Shown one piece after another: positions 29,501-38,747 of a stretch of DNA of 64,000 nt. Position 1 is the first letter of the stretch, and each line of letters starts with the position of its first letter. The position numbers and the translations under genes were made by a program. The notes under the pieces were generated by a model, which searched no databases, was not told where the DNA came from, and saw nothing but the letters and a program-made list of their open reading frames with translations. This DNA is from an uncultured Planctomycetia bacterium (GTDB lineage: Bacteria > Planctomycetota > Planctomycetia > Isosphaerales > Isosphaeraceae). The DNA lies in the NCBI GenBank assembly GCA_964609385.1, contig CAZSSM010000002.1, positions 95,270 through 159,269 on the forward strand, in the 5' to 3' direction.

Positions 29501-29553
29501 AGGCTGGCGGACCAGTAGTCGGTCGAGAAGTCATTGGCGGAGGTGCTGGGCAT
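26530..29553 (-). CDS. Ser/Thr protein kinase with TM helix, 3x14-aa coiled-coil tandem repeat and C-terminal TPR-like region
   Basis: Kinase motifs GGLGEIYWA, VALKKV, HRDLKPSNIKI, LDWGLA (DFG variant), YMSPEQ. TM helix LVTGMAVAAVALIAFGLVGAV. Repeat (RALDNLRIARNAGQ)x3. Long helical/TPR-like C-terminus. The start is set at MPSTSANDF (29553); an upstream Met at 29607 is possible. Confidence 0.8.
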   Translation of the reverse strand: MPSTSANDFSTDYWSASLIESLQNRYREVWDSGERPTVEQFLALMSGVFPTNVIRALIEIEVQRRAAVGEPTDIQEYRGRFGDLIDPLHKEIPLFRPQLADDLVESGKPNGSDTRPMVQEVMLSNSSPAGQDKTPIDPKWVQVSHSPTNREPDRVAQAERYVIRSFYNRGGLGEIYWARDRELNRHVALKKVRSDKTGPMQEVALKREATITGQLSHPGVPPIYSLGRNHEGRSFYTMRFVEGETLSKVIGQFHKQFGDQTRPWDRLEFRKLLGNVISVAETIAYAHDQGVIHRDLKPSNIKIGRFSETIVLDWGLAKRIVCDLRIDQPHVTAETCRDGLEDTIEGDSPAESRFSDLHDEILETLRNTDETRWATLQGELRGTIYYMSPEQARGLPDQVDDRSDIFALGAILYKALTNQSPYLGEDFLNILKAAKVCQFPAPRSIKPSIPPALEAICLKAMEKERDDRYQSAKAFAEDLERWLADEPVQIHRDPFPVRLGRWGRRHRPLVTGMAVAAVALIAFGLVGAVGTARYIEDIQFEKSNALGAEQRALDNLRIARNAGQRALNNLKIARDAEQRALKNLEIARDANREARTIVETDLANVPRSDAVRRKVADIVVQLDRDLMDRYPDSPALKRELIRDLREQANAHRLTGLNDQAQAIYDEAIRNLSKMIDSPQGIALDRIYLAMVLNDAGANELATLEFEAAETFFDRADEVLQPLVVPDGPADVRKNAELILATSEALKALVFHRYGRHREAAELCRSAIDSLESVATGPRSADSLRFLFVKILNNTSRAFRKIGRHNDAKEVARKALDLTEEILATEPDNLTALHSQTVSRIRFVQAQFGDGISDHSRPELINMLSESDHAVEAIDRLVVQNPDWIPIRSTNALAHQVRGQIRLSLGEFEGAVADAGIGLSQATNQLRLNSDDSEAILKCAELIFIQAIARRLQGRSGEASDLREIARELAIQAKSAQLQMRLMVDEVMSFWERSFEQSSDLAERQPSN
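27794..27919 (-). repeat. Three tandem 42-bp repeats inside the kinase gene (encode the RAL(D/N/K)NL(R/K/E)IAR... heptad-like repeats)
   Basis: GCAATCTCTAAGTTTTTGAGGGCACGTTGCTCGGCATCGCGA / GCAATTTTCAGATTGTTGAGGGCGCGCTGCCCGGCATTGCGA / GCGATCCTCAGGTTGTCGAGGGCGCGTTGTTCGGCTCCGAGG. Confidence 0.6.
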
Positions 29554-30011
29554 CGCGTCGCTCCCTCGGCTCGTCAGATCAGATCGAATCAACCCATCCG
29601 TTCGCATGCAATCCGTGGATTGCGGCCACAACCTTGGATCAGTTTGACAGAAACGGTCAGAAAAGCACAAGAGCCTACCAGATCAGTCGATCTCGGCGAC
29701 AGGGTGTCTCTCATTTGTTTCGATCATGGTTGGGATGGTCGGTTCGGCTCACGTAACGGCTCCGAGGCTCGGCAGGAATCGACCGGTTCGGTGGATTGCG
29801 CAGATCAATCTTACTGGGTTGCCTGTGCCGAATTTCGGGTGTCTCGGCGATTTCCCTGGTTGGACGGGGGATTCGAATCGGGGAAGATTTCGGAAAAGGG
29901 AGGGACGAAAAGGGGCAATATTTCGGGATCGTTGGGGAATAGCCTTGCGATTCGGGCTCACCGCCGGACGGGGATCCGATTTCGGGCACTTTGGGGAGGG
30001 AGAAACAGACG

Positions 30012-30677
30012 ATGCTGACGGTCTTTTGGATCTGCGCGGGTATCGGAGGGCTGTTCTTGATTCTCCAGGTCGCTCTGGCGTTGTTCGGTTTCGGTGGCGA
30101 CTCCAGCGACCTGGGAGACATCGGGGAAGCGACCGATCTCTCCGACGGCGGCGACCCGGGCAATCCGTCCGACGAAGGGGGCGAGGGAGACTCGCATGAC
30201 CAGGCCTGGACGCGATACATCTCGGTGCAGGCGGCGGTGACGTTCCTGGCCTTCTTCGGCGGGGGCGGCATCTCCGCGCTGGAGTTGGGTCTGAGCCCAG
30301 CCTTCGCGGTGCTGGTCGGGTTCCTGCTGGGCGTCGGGGCGGTCTACGCGGCCACCGAGCTGTTCGCCAGCCTCCGAAAGCTCAACGCCGACGGCTCGTT
30401 GCGGGTCGCCAACGCGGTCGGCGCCTCCGGCCGAGTTTACCTGCGTGTCCCGGGTGGAAACGCCGGCCAGGGCAAGGTGACCGTGACCGTCCAGGGACGG
30501 ACCACCGAGATGGCCGCGCGGACGCAGGGGCCCGATCTGCCGACCGGCTCGACGGTCCGCGTGGTCCGGCTGGTCGACTCGTCGACCGTTGAGGTCGCGG
30601 CCGTCGCCGACGAGCCGGTCGAGGACCGTGAGTCCAAGCTTGAAGCGCCGACGCCAACTCACGCGATTGAGAGATGA
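30012..30677 (+). CDS. NfeD-like membrane protein (short NfeD/YuaF family, C-terminal OB-fold)
   Basis: TM helix, an acidic Gly/Asp insert, two more TM helices, then a C-terminal beta-barrel-like segment GRVYLRVPGGNAGQGKVTVTVQGRTTEMAARTQ...VRVVRLVDSSTVEV. It sits directly upstream of a flotillin gene (conserved NfeD-SPFH pairing). GGGAGGGAG lies 10 nt upstream of the ATG at 30012. Confidence 0.7.
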   Translation: MLTVFWICAGIGGLFLILQVALALFGFGGDSSDLGDIGEATDLSDGGDPGNPSDEGGEGDSHDQAWTRYISVQAAVTFLAFFGGGGISALELGLSPAFAVLVGFLLGVGAVYAATELFASLRKLNADGSLRVANAVGASGRVYLRVPGGNAGQGKVTVTVQGRTTEMAARTQGPDLPTGSTVRVVRLVDSSTVEVAAVADEPVEDRESKLEAPTPTHAIER

Positions 30678-30753
30678 TATCAGACGCCCTTTGAGATATT
30701 CCGATGCTTCGCCATCCACAATATCCGCATCCCCATCGAGGAGATTTCGCATC

Positions 30754-30999
30754 ATGAACGACACACCGGAATACGCGGTGGGCTGGCTGACCTTGGCGAT
30801 GATCAACGCCGGATTGGCCCAAGGCAAGAACCATTCGGGCCTGTTCTGGTTCCTGATCTCGTTGCTGTTCGGGCCGATCGCGACGTTCGTCCTGGTCGCC
30901 TTCATGGCGAAGCGCCCGGACCCCACCTGGTCCGACGAGCAGGACGACGCGAAGCCCCGATACTCCGACAAGCCCGACTCGGAACGACTGATCGGATGA
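30754..30999 (+). CDS. Small two-TM membrane protein (81 aa) between nfeD-like and flotillin genes
   Basis: MNDTPEYAVGWLTLAMINAGLAQGKNHSGLFWFLISLLFGPIATFVLVAFMAKRPDP... has two hydrophobic helices and an acidic tail. Its position inside the NfeD-flotillin operon argues that it is real. Confidence 0.4.
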   Translation: MNDTPEYAVGWLTLAMINAGLAQGKNHSGLFWFLISLLFGPIATFVLVAFMAKRPDPTWSDEQDDAKPRYSDKPDSERLIG

Positions 31000-31135
31000 C
31001 CCGACGACCCACCACCATCGCGGAGCTACCTGGTCGCGTGGTCCCCCTTGGTCCAACACCCTAACGATCCGTCGCGACGGCACTCGTCGGATTGACGTCC
31101 TCGCCGACGCGGCTCTTCCAGAAAGGACCTGATCG

Positions 31136-32866
31136 ATGCCTGACTCGTTCTGGACGCCGTTCCCGATCTTGATCGGTGAAGCTTCATTACCCGTCGATGA
31201 CCTACCTCTCGGGCCGATCTTGACCGTCATGTTCAGCCTTGCCGTCATCATCTCATTTGTCTTGATGGCGGCTCGGTGTTATAAGCGGTGCCCGTCCAAC
31301 AGGATCCTGGTCAAGTGGGGGGTCCGGAACCGGGATCGGACGGCCAAGACGATCCACGGTGGCGGGGAACTGGTGCTGCCGGTGGTCCAGGACTACGCCT
31401 ACCTGAGCCTGGAGCCGATCCAAATCGAGATCCCGCTCCGAGGCGCGTTGTCGGCCGAGAACATCCGGGTCAACGTGCCGAGCGTCTTCACCGTGGCCAT
31501 CGGCAGCGAGCCGGAGATCGTTCAGAACGCCGCGATCCGCCTGCTGGGGCTCAACCAGGGCGAGATCAGCGGTCAGGCCAGCGACATCATCTTCGGCCAA
31601 CTCCGCCAAGTCATCGCCTCGATGAACATTGAGGAGATCAACCGCGACCGCGAGAAGTTCCTCTCCAACATCCAGGAATCGCTGGAGCCCGAGCTGAGGA
31701 AGGTCGGCCTGGTGTTGATCAACGTCAACATCACCGACCTGACCGACGACTCCGGCTACATCGAGGCGATCGGGCGCAAGGCCGCCAGCGCAGCGATCCA
31801 GCAGGCCGAGATCGACGTGGCCGAGCAGCAGAAGCGTGGGTCGATCGGCGTGGCCAAGGCGAAGCAAGAGCAGGCCATCGAAGTGGCCAACTACGAGAAG
31901 AGCCGCGAGATCGGGACCCGGACCGCCCAGCAAGAGCAGACCGTCCGGATCGCCGAACTCCGGAAGCTCGAGGAGATCGGGACCAAGACGGCCGAGCAGG
32001 AACAGGCCATTCAGGTGGCCGAGCTGCAAAAGACCGAGCAGATCGGGGTCGAGTCGTCCCAGTTCGAACAGCAGGCGCAGATCAAGCAGGCCGAGCGCGA
32101 TATGCGGATCCAACTGGCCGATGCCAATGCCCAGGCGATCACCGGCGAGAACACCTCGCAGGCCGTCATCGCCTCCAGCGAGGCCGACCTCAAAGAGCGC
32201 GCCTCGGAGGCCTATCAGCGTGGTGAGACCCGCAAGCGCGAGGCCGAGGCGGCCGTCATCGAGGCCCAGTACCGCGCCCAGGCCAAGGCCGCCCTGGCCC
32301 AGGCCGAGAAGGTCGAGGCCGAGCAGCGCGCCGAGCTCGAGGCCCGCGCCAAGGCCGAGAAGGCCCGCGCCATCGTCGACGCCGAAGCCCGCGCTGAGAC
32401 CCAACGGCTCGAGGCCCAGGGTGAGGCCGACGCCCTTTACGCCAAGCTCGAGGCCGAGGCCCGTGGCCAGTACGAAATCCTCGCCAAGAAAGCCGACGGA
32501 CTCAAGGCCATCGTCAAGTCCTGCGGCGGATCGCAAGAGGCCTTCCAACTGCTCATGCTCGAGCACATCGAAGGGCTCTCGCAGACTGCCGCCCAGGCCA
32601 TCTCCAACATCAAGTTCGACAAGGTCATCGTCTGGGAGAACGGCGGGACCGACGGCCAAGGCGCCACCGCCGGCTTCCTCCAAAACATGGCCAAGACCCT
32701 GCCCCCGATGCTCCAGATCATGCAGGACATCGGCGGCGTCCAGATGCCCGAATACTTCGGCAAGATGGTCGGACAGGCCGAACCGGACGACGAGGAAGCC
32801 CACGTCACCACCAACGGCGCCACGACCGTTCCGGTCGATCCCGACGAGCATCCGGAGACGACCTGA
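31136..32866 (+). CDS. Flotillin-family SPFH/band-7 protein (FloT/YuaG-like)
   Basis: N-terminal TM hairpin. SPFH domain (RILVKWG...VPVVQDYAYLSLEPIQIEI...ENIRVNVPSVFTVAI). A long charged helix with EQ-rich repeats (flotillin domain). C-terminal KFDKVIVWENGG. Confidence 0.85.
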   Translation: MPDSFWTPFPILIGEASLPVDDLPLGPILTVMFSLAVIISFVLMAARCYKRCPSNRILVKWGVRNRDRTAKTIHGGGELVLPVVQDYAYLSLEPIQIEIPLRGALSAENIRVNVPSVFTVAIGSEPEIVQNAAIRLLGLNQGEISGQASDIIFGQLRQVIASMNIEEINRDREKFLSNIQESLEPELRKVGLVLINVNITDLTDDSGYIEAIGRKAASAAIQQAEIDVAEQQKRGSIGVAKAKQEQAIEVANYEKSREIGTRTAQQEQTVRIAELRKLEEIGTKTAEQEQAIQVAELQKTEQIGVESSQFEQQAQIKQAERDMRIQLADANAQAITGENTSQAVIASSEADLKERASEAYQRGETRKREAEAAVIEAQYRAQAKAALAQAEKVEAEQRAELEARAKAEKARAIVDAEARAETQRLEAQGEADALYAKLEAEARGQYEILAKKADGLKAIVKSCGGSQEAFQLLMLEHIEGLSQTAAQAISNIKFDKVIVWENGGTDGQGATAGFLQNMAKTLPPMLQIMQDIGGVQMPEYFGKMVGQAEPDDEEAHVTTNGATTVPVDPDEHPETT

Positions 32867-33059
32867 TCCAGACGATCGATCCGGTCGGGAACCACCTCGA
32901 TCGACGCCTTCGGCCCCTCGACATCGACCCGATCCGACTCGTTCCGGCCCGTCGGTCGGGTTAGGATGGAGATCGTCGGACCGTTGAGCCGGAGGCGTCA
33001 ACGGGGATGCCTCACTCATCAACGGTCGAGGATCGTTTCACGGATGGGAGACCTGCTCG

Positions 33060-33602
33060 ATGGCGACCGCCGCCCCACCAAGGATGACCGCCGAACAGTT
33101 CGGGGCGAGGCCCGATCCGGGCCATCCCGAGGAGTTGGTCCGGGGGAGGATCGTCCCGATGCCACCGCCGAACCGACGTCATGGGCAAGTTTGTGGTCAG
33201 GCCTATTTCTTAATTCGACAGTATGTCGATCAACATGTCTTAAGCAATGACTCCGGGATCATCACCGAACGCGACCCCGACACGGTCCGGGGCGCGGACG
33301 TGGCCTACTACAGCTACGACCGACTGCCGAAGGGGCCGCTCCCCTCGTCCTATGGGCCGGAAGTCCCCGAGCTGGTCGTCGAGGTCCGTTCCCCCAGTGA
33401 CCGCTGGCCGGACGTGCTGGCCAAGGTCACGGAGTATCTCCAAGCTGGGGTCCTGGTTGTTCTCGTCCTCGACCCCGAGTCGGGTTCGGCTCACCTCTAC
33501 TCCGCCGAAGATCCCCCGAGGATTCTTCGGGAGGACGACGAGTTGACCCTGCCCGACCTCCTGGGCAACGTCCGGATCCCCGTCGGGCGATTCTTCGACT
33601 GA
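33060..33602 (+). CDS. Uma2-family endonuclease (DUF820, PD-(D/E)xK fold)
   Basis: PELVVEVRSPSD...VLAKVTEYLQAGVLVVLVLDP matches the Uma2 core (PDLVVEVLSPS...K...Y...GV.EYWIVDP). Confidence 0.75.
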   Translation: MATAAPPRMTAEQFGARPDPGHPEELVRGRIVPMPPPNRRHGQVCGQAYFLIRQYVDQHVLSNDSGIITERDPDTVRGADVAYYSYDRLPKGPLPSSYGPEVPELVVEVRSPSDRWPDVLAKVTEYLQAGVLVVLVLDPESGSAHLYSAEDPPRILREDDELTLPDLLGNVRIPVGRFFD

Positions 33603-33730
33603 CGACGCTCAGACGACCGGCGTTGAGGTTATGATCGGGACAGGTCGGGCCGTCGGATCGGGTCTCATCTCGTGGGGTCGACCTCGATCAACGAATCGTC
33701 GAGTCGTGCCGAGGGCGGGGGCGTGGAACG

Positions 33731-34714
33731 ATGCGGCTGCTGATGACCGGGGGTTACGGGTGTATCGGGTCGTGGATCGCAACGCGGCTGGTTGAGCGTG
33801 GGGATGAGGTCTGGATCTACGACCTGAAGCGCGACACGCACCGACTCGACTGGCTGCTGCGCCCCGAAGCTCAAGCGGGCGTCCATTTCCTGGCCGGCGA
33901 CGTGACCGACCCCAATGCCTTGCGCGCGGCCGTCGAGCAGGTCGGGGCGACGCACCTGCTCCACCTGGCCGGCTTGCAGGTGCCCGTCTGTCGCGCCACG
34001 CCGATCGTCGGGGCGACCGTCAACGTGATCGGCACGTTGGCCGTCTTCGAAGTGGCCCGCGAACTGGGCGATCAGATCGCGCGGGTGGTCTACGCCAGTT
34101 CGGCCGCCGTCCACGGCCCAGCCGCCTCGCCGGTCGGCCAGCAGACACCCCCGTTGGGCGACGACGTCCCGTTGAAGCCGTCGACCCACTACGGCGCCTT
34201 CAAGGTCTGCAACGAGCTGAACGCGCGGGTCTACTACCAGGACCATGGGATCTCGAGCGTGGGCCTTCGCCCCTGGACCGTCTACGGGGTCGGGCGCGAC
34301 TTCGGCGTCACCAGCGAGCCGACCACGGCGATCCTGGCCTCGGCGATGGGCCGGCCCTATGCGATCAGCTACGGCGGCTGGCAGGACTTCCAGTACGCCC
34401 GCGACGTGGCCGACACGTTCCTGTCCGCGCTCGAAGGACCGTTCCAAGGGGCCGCCGCGTTCAACGTCCGGGGGCACGTCGAGCCGATCGAGCGGTTCGT
34501 CGAGGCCCTGGAGTCGGTCGCGCCCGAAGCCATCGGCCGCGTCACCCACGGCGATCGCCAATTGCCGATCGCCCCCGACCTCGACGACGAGGGGCTCCGC
34601 CTCGCCTTCCCCGACGTCCCCCGAACCCCGCTGGCCGAGGGCGTCGGTGAGACCTACCGGCGGTTCCGAACCCTCATCGAATCCGGTCAGATCGACGCGA
34701 GCGCGTTGAGCTGA
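33731..34714 (+). CDS. NAD-dependent epimerase/dehydratase (extended SDR family)
   Basis: Rossmann motif MTGGYGCIGSWI. YGAFK catalytic YxxxK. Length and order match an SDR epimerase. Confidence 0.8.
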   Translation: MRLLMTGGYGCIGSWIATRLVERGDEVWIYDLKRDTHRLDWLLRPEAQAGVHFLAGDVTDPNALRAAVEQVGATHLLHLAGLQVPVCRATPIVGATVNVIGTLAVFEVARELGDQIARVVYASSAAVHGPAASPVGQQTPPLGDDVPLKPSTHYGAFKVCNELNARVYYQDHGISSVGLRPWTVYGVGRDFGVTSEPTTAILASAMGRPYAISYGGWQDFQYARDVADTFLSALEGPFQGAAAFNVRGHVEPIERFVEALESVAPEAIGRVTHGDRQLPIAPDLDDEGLRLAFPDVPRTPLAEGVGETYRRFRTLIESGQIDASALS

Positions 34715-34850
34715 AGTGAACGTACTTCCCAAAATCGACGTACATCACAGAAACAACCATGACCTCTTCCTAATCGGTTCGATAATCGAGATCCGAAACG
34801 GTAGGGCACTTCCGGATTGCTCCATAGCCCCCAACGCAGGGAGAATCGCG

Positions 34851-35759
34851 ATGAATCGCCCGATGACCCTGATCGGCCTCACCATTCCGACCCTGGTCGC
34901 GGCCCTACTGATCGGCTGCGCGGGGGAATCCCTCATGGATGAGTCGATCGGTATGGAAGGCGGATCGGTGTCCGAGTCCTACGCGACCGCCCAACCCGAT
35001 GCCGGGGCCGTCAACCAAGTCCCATCGACGCTCGAGCGCAAGATCATTTACACCGGCGAGGTCGGCTTGCAAGTCGAGTCGGTGGAGGCGTTCGCCGACG
35101 ACTTGACCGTGCTGATCGCGGAATTCGAGGGTTATCTCGCCTCATCATACCTGGAAGGCTCGACGGCAACGAGTCGCTCGGGAACATGGACTGTCCGGAT
35201 CCCCTCCGAGCGATTCCAGGCTTTCCTCGTCGCCCTCAACGGCCTCGGCGAACCGATCCGCGTCCGCACCGACTCCCAAGACGTCAGTGAGGAATTCTAC
35301 GACCTCAGGGCCCGGCTCAAGAACAAAGAGATCGAGGAAGAGCGATTTCAGGGATACCTCGCCAACCCCGACATCACCAAAGTGAAAGACATCCTCGAGA
35401 TCGAGAGAGAGCTGTCCCGCGTGCGCGGCGAGATCGAGCAGATGCAGGGGCGACTGAATCGACTCTCCGACCTGACATCGCTATCCACGATCACGATCCA
35501 GGTCAATCAGATCAGTGAAGCACCCGCCCTTGAACTGCCCGGGTTCGGCACACGGGTTGGCCGGACGTTCATGGCCTCAGTCGAGGATCTCGTCGAACTG
35601 GGCGAGTCGATCGTCCTAGGTTTCGCCGCCGCCGTCCCGTGGATCCCCGTCATTCTCGCCTCCCTCGGCGTGCTCTGGTGGGCGTTTCGACGGCTCACGA
35701 GGCGGGCCACGCCTCCGCCCCTCAACAGCCCGGACAGCCCAGATGCACAGCATGGTTAA
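34851..35759 (+). CDS. DUF4349-like lipoprotein with coiled coil and C-terminal TM helix
   Basis: Lipobox LLIGCAG after MNRPMTLIGLTIPTLVAA. Central coiled coil (RARLKNKEIEEERFQGYL...ELSRVRGEIEQMQGRLNRL). C-terminal helix VPWIPVILASLGVLWWAF. The family assignment is from memory of DUF4349 architecture and is tentative. Confidence 0.5.
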   Translation: MNRPMTLIGLTIPTLVAALLIGCAGESLMDESIGMEGGSVSESYATAQPDAGAVNQVPSTLERKIIYTGEVGLQVESVEAFADDLTVLIAEFEGYLASSYLEGSTATSRSGTWTVRIPSERFQAFLVALNGLGEPIRVRTDSQDVSEEFYDLRARLKNKEIEEERFQGYLANPDITKVKDILEIERELSRVRGEIEQMQGRLNRLSDLTSLSTITIQVNQISEAPALELPGFGTRVGRTFMASVEDLVELGESIVLGFAAAVPWIPVILASLGVLWWAFRRLTRRATPPPLNSPDSPDAQHG

Positions 35760-36085
35760 CCCGACGCTAAAATTTCGTTTATTAAACACATTAAATTAAC
35801 GAGAGAAATTTGAATGCTCTTGTATTTAATTGCAAAAGTGTCAAGTGCAAACTTGATAAGAACTGTGACTTAGAAAAAGTCGAAACCATTATAGAGCAGT
35901 CCGCTTTCGCTATTCCAAATGCTGAGGCTGGATTGGCTGTTGAGGAGGGCCTTTCGCAAGCTCGTCATCGACGAGATCTTGTCTACCGAAAAATCTCACC
36001 GAGTGGTTGGAAAGCTGGGGTCCACGACAGAATTCGTCGAAGTCGTCCTGCCCCGGATAAAATAGAGACGCCTCTTGTCACGGGT

Positions 36086-36099
36086 ACACGATATCGTGT
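36086..36099 (+). promoter_or_regulatory. Perfect 14-bp palindrome ACACGATATCGTGT ~25 bp upstream of arsR; candidate ArsR operator
   Basis: Reverse-complement identical. A third ATCGTG half-site follows at 36101-36106. It lies at the 3' edge of the AT-rich (about 42% GC) boundary 35760-36120, directly in front of the autoregulated arsR-arsM-arsC'-acr3 operon. Confidence 0.45.
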
Positions 36100-36120
36100 A
36101 ATCGTGAAAAGAGAGGACCA

Positions 36121-36540
36121 GTGCCGATGACGAAGAAGAAACCGACCTCGACCGAACCCGCCTGCTTCTTACCCGAGGCCCCGTGCTCATCGCGGACGCC
36201 GCTTGCCGACCGACCGCTCCTCTCATTCGTCGACGCGGTCAAGGTGATGGCCCTCTTCAAGGTGCTCTCGAACGACACCCGGATTCGGCTCCTGCACCAC
36301 CTGGTGAGGAGCGGCGAGGCCACGGTCACCGACCTCGCGAAGGCTCTCGGCTTGAAGCCACAAGCGGTCTCGAACCAACTCGTGCGGCTCTCGGATACCG
36401 GCATGCTCCGGTCTCGCCGCGAGGGGAACCATATGTATTACCGGGTCGTGAACGGCTGCGTCGCTCCGCTCCTCGACCTGGCCCTCTGCTTGATGGAAGA
36501 CGAGGGGAAACCGAAACCTGAGAACGGAGGAGAGCGATGA
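36121..36540 (+). CDS. arsR: ArsR/SmtB-family metalloregulatory transcriptional repressor
   Basis: [63 protein letters not shown] is a winged HTH with ArsR signature. Overlaps arsM by 4 nt (ATGA). Confidence 0.8.
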   Translation: MPMTKKKPTSTEPACFLPEAPCSSRTPLADRPLLSFVDAVKVMALFKVLSNDTRIRLLHHLVRSGEATVTDLAKALGLKPQAVSNQLVRLSDTGMLRSRREGNHMYYRVVNGCVAPLLDLALCLMEDEGKPKPENGGER

Positions 36541-37424
36541 GCAAGGGCATCGAAGAGGTCGTGAGGCAGAAGTATGCGGCGGTCGCGGCGAGTTCGCTGA
36601 CCAATGAGAACGCGGGCGTCCAGGCCGTGGCCGAGGCGTTTGGCTACTCGGCCGAGGAGCTTTCAAGCCTCCCGGCCGAGGCAAACATGGGGCTCTCCTG
36701 CGGGAACCCAACGGCCACGGCCAACCTGCGGCCCGGCGAAGTCGTAGTTGACCTCGGCTCAGGCGGCGGTATCGACGTGCTCCTCGCGGCGAAGAAGGTC
36801 GGACCGGAGGGGAAGGCCATCGGCATCGACATGACCGATGAGATGCTCGACCGGGCACGCACGAACGCCGAGAAAGCCGGGGCCTCAAACGCCGAGTTCA
36901 AGAAAGGTACCATCGACGAGCTGCCGCTCGAGGACGCCTCGGCCGACTGCATCATCTCCAACTGTGTCATCAATCTCGCCCCGGACAAGCGGGCCGTATT
37001 CCGCGAGATGGACCGCGTCTTGAAGCCCGGCGGTCGCGTTGCGGTCTCAGATATCGCCCTCAAGAAGCAGCTTCCTCCCGAAATTCGCCAAGACCTCCTC
37101 GCCTATGTTGGGTGCATCGCCGGGGCTATTTCCATCGAGGAGTACCGCGAGGGTTTAAAGGAAGCGGGGTTCGCTCATGTGGAAATCATCGACTCTGGGG
37201 CCGACCTGAACGCCTACGCCCAGATTGAGGGGCAGGTCGAGTGCTGTGGAGGCGCGATGGCGAGCGAGCCCGAGCCGGCGATCATCGGGGCCGCCTCGTG
37301 CTGTTCCCCTCCCGCCGAGTCGAAGACGCCTGAACTCATCTCGAAGCTCGCGGAACTCACTCGTCGCTACGATATCAACGACTACGCAGCAAGCGTGAAA
37401 GTGTTTGCCGTCAAGCCTCGCTAA
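36537..37424 (+). CDS. arsM: Arsenite S-adenosylmethionine methyltransferase
   Basis: SAM motif [12 protein letters not shown] and the ArsM core, with conserved Cys-containing segments (LSCGNPTA, ...CVINL...). Cys-rich C-terminus ([24 protein letters not shown]). Confidence 0.8.
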   Translation: MSKGIEEVVRQKYAAVAASSLTNENAGVQAVAEAFGYSAEELSSLPAEANMGLSCGNPTATANLRPGEVVVDLGSGGGIDVLLAAKKVGPEGKAIGIDMTDEMLDRARTNAEKAGASNAEFKKGTIDELPLEDASADCIISNCVINLAPDKRAVFREMDRVLKPGGRVAVSDIALKKQLPPEIRQDLLAYVGCIAGAISIEEYREGLKEAGFAHVEIIDSGADLNAYAQIEGQVECCGGAMASEPEPAIIGAASCCSPPAESKTPELISKLAELTRRYDINDYAASVKVFAVKPR

Positions 37425-37433
37425 GGAAACCTT

Positions 37434-37595
37434 ATGAACGAGACACCGAAGACGATCCTCTTCGTCTGTGTCCACAACGCGGGTCGATCACAGATGGCCG
37501 AAGCGTTCACCAATGCGCTCGCCGGGAAGCGAGGGGTTTCCCTGCGAAGTGAGTCGGCCATGCTCACGAAGTTCGCCGAGGAGCCGGAGCCATGA
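37434..37595 (+). pseudogene. arsC: Truncated arsenate reductase remnant (LMW-PTP-type ArsC; only the N-terminal 53 codons remain)
   Basis: [34 protein letters not shown] carries the CX5R P-loop of LMW-PTP ArsC. It then diverges ([19 protein letters not shown]) and stops in an ATGA overlap with the acr3 start. Full-length ArsC is about 140 aa. Confidence 0.6.
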
Positions 37596-38695
37596 CCACC
37601 GAAGCCGCAACTTGCCACCCGAAGCTTGGCGGGCGTCTGTCGTTCCTCGATCGGTTCCTGACGCTCTGGATTTTCCTCGCCATGATCCTTGGCGTGGTCC
37701 TCGGCCGGTTCGCCCCATCAGTCACGGAGAGCATCACACGGCTCTCGGTCGGCACCACCTCGATTCCGATTGCGGTGGGTCTCATCCTCATGATGTACCC
37801 TCCGCTCGCCAAGGTCCGATACGAGCGGCTCCCCGAGATCTTTCAGAATACGCGGGTCCTGGGTCTCTCGCTCGTCCAGAACTGGGTGATCGGGCCGCTC
37901 CTCATGTTCGGCCTGGCCCTCGCGTTCCTCTCGGACCGGCCCGAGTACGCGATCGGGCTCATCATGATTGGGCTCGCCCGCTGCATCGCGATGGTCATCG
38001 TCTGGAACGAACTCGCCAAGGGCGATTCCGACTATGCGGCGGGCCTGGTCGCGTTCAACTCGGTGTTCCAAGTGCTCTTCTACTCGTTCTATGCCTGGCT
38101 CTTCGTGAAGGTGCTCCCGCCGCTCGTGGGCGTCAACTTCGGCGACGTGGACCTTTCCCGAATCACCATCGGCGCGATTGCCCAAAGTGTCTTTATCTAC
38201 CTTGGGATTCCCTTCCTTGCCGGGATGCTCACGCGGCTCGTGCTCCTTCGGGCCAAGGGACGCCAGTGGTACGAGGGGCGTTTCATTCCGGCGATAAGCC
38301 CCATCACGCTCGTCTCACTCCTCTTCACCATCGTTTTGATGTTCTCACTCCAGGGGCAGAACATCGTGGCCCTACCTCTCGACGTGTTGCGGATTGCCCT
38401 GCCACTGCTCATCTACTTCGTCGTGATGTTCTTCGTCTCGTTCTGGATGGGGCGACAGCTCGGGGCCGACTACTCGAAGACGGCGACCCTTGCGTTCACG
38501 GCGGCGTCGAACAACTTCGAACTCGCCATTGCCGTGGCGGTTGCTGTCTTCGGCATCAGTTCGGGGGCCGCGTTTGCGGCCGTCATCGGCCCGCTCGTCG
38601 AGGTCCCGGTCCTGATCGGCTTGGTCAACGTCGCGTTCTTCTTGCAGCGGCGTTATTTTACCGAAGCGGCTCCGGTCCTGAACGAAGCACGATGA
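37592..38695 (+). CDS. acr3: ACR3-family arsenite efflux transporter
   Basis: [23 protein letters not shown]...[12 protein letters not shown]...[19 protein letters not shown]: ten predicted TM helices and ACR3 signature blocks. Confidence 0.85.
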   Translation: MTTEAATCHPKLGGRLSFLDRFLTLWIFLAMILGVVLGRFAPSVTESITRLSVGTTSIPIAVGLILMMYPPLAKVRYERLPEIFQNTRVLGLSLVQNWVIGPLLMFGLALAFLSDRPEYAIGLIMIGLARCIAMVIVWNELAKGDSDYAAGLVAFNSVFQVLFYSFYAWLFVKVLPPLVGVNFGDVDLSRITIGAIAQSVFIYLGIPFLAGMLTRLVLLRAKGRQWYEGRFIPAISPITLVSLLFTIVLMFSLQGQNIVALPLDVLRIALPLLIYFVVMFFVSFWMGRQLGADYSKTATLAFTAASNNFELAIAVAVAVFGISSGAAFAAVIGPLVEVPVLIGLVNVAFFLQRRYFTEAAPVLNEAR

Positions 38696-38747
38696 GGGCC
38701 CAGCCCCAATGGTCGTTCGGCGCGCTCGTGCCCAGTCGTTGTCGAGC

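Noticed and set aside
35810-36130. 106-aa low-GC ORF in the AT-rich block upstream of arsR
   Set aside because: It overlaps the arsR start in another frame and has no motif support. The region is more plausibly the promoter/operator and boundary DNA of the ars island.
36183-36888. ORFs antisense to or frame-shifted within arsR/arsM (36183..36521 +, 36223..36888 -, 36644..37063 -)
   Set aside because: Overlap well-supported ars genes. Arg-rich artefact translations.
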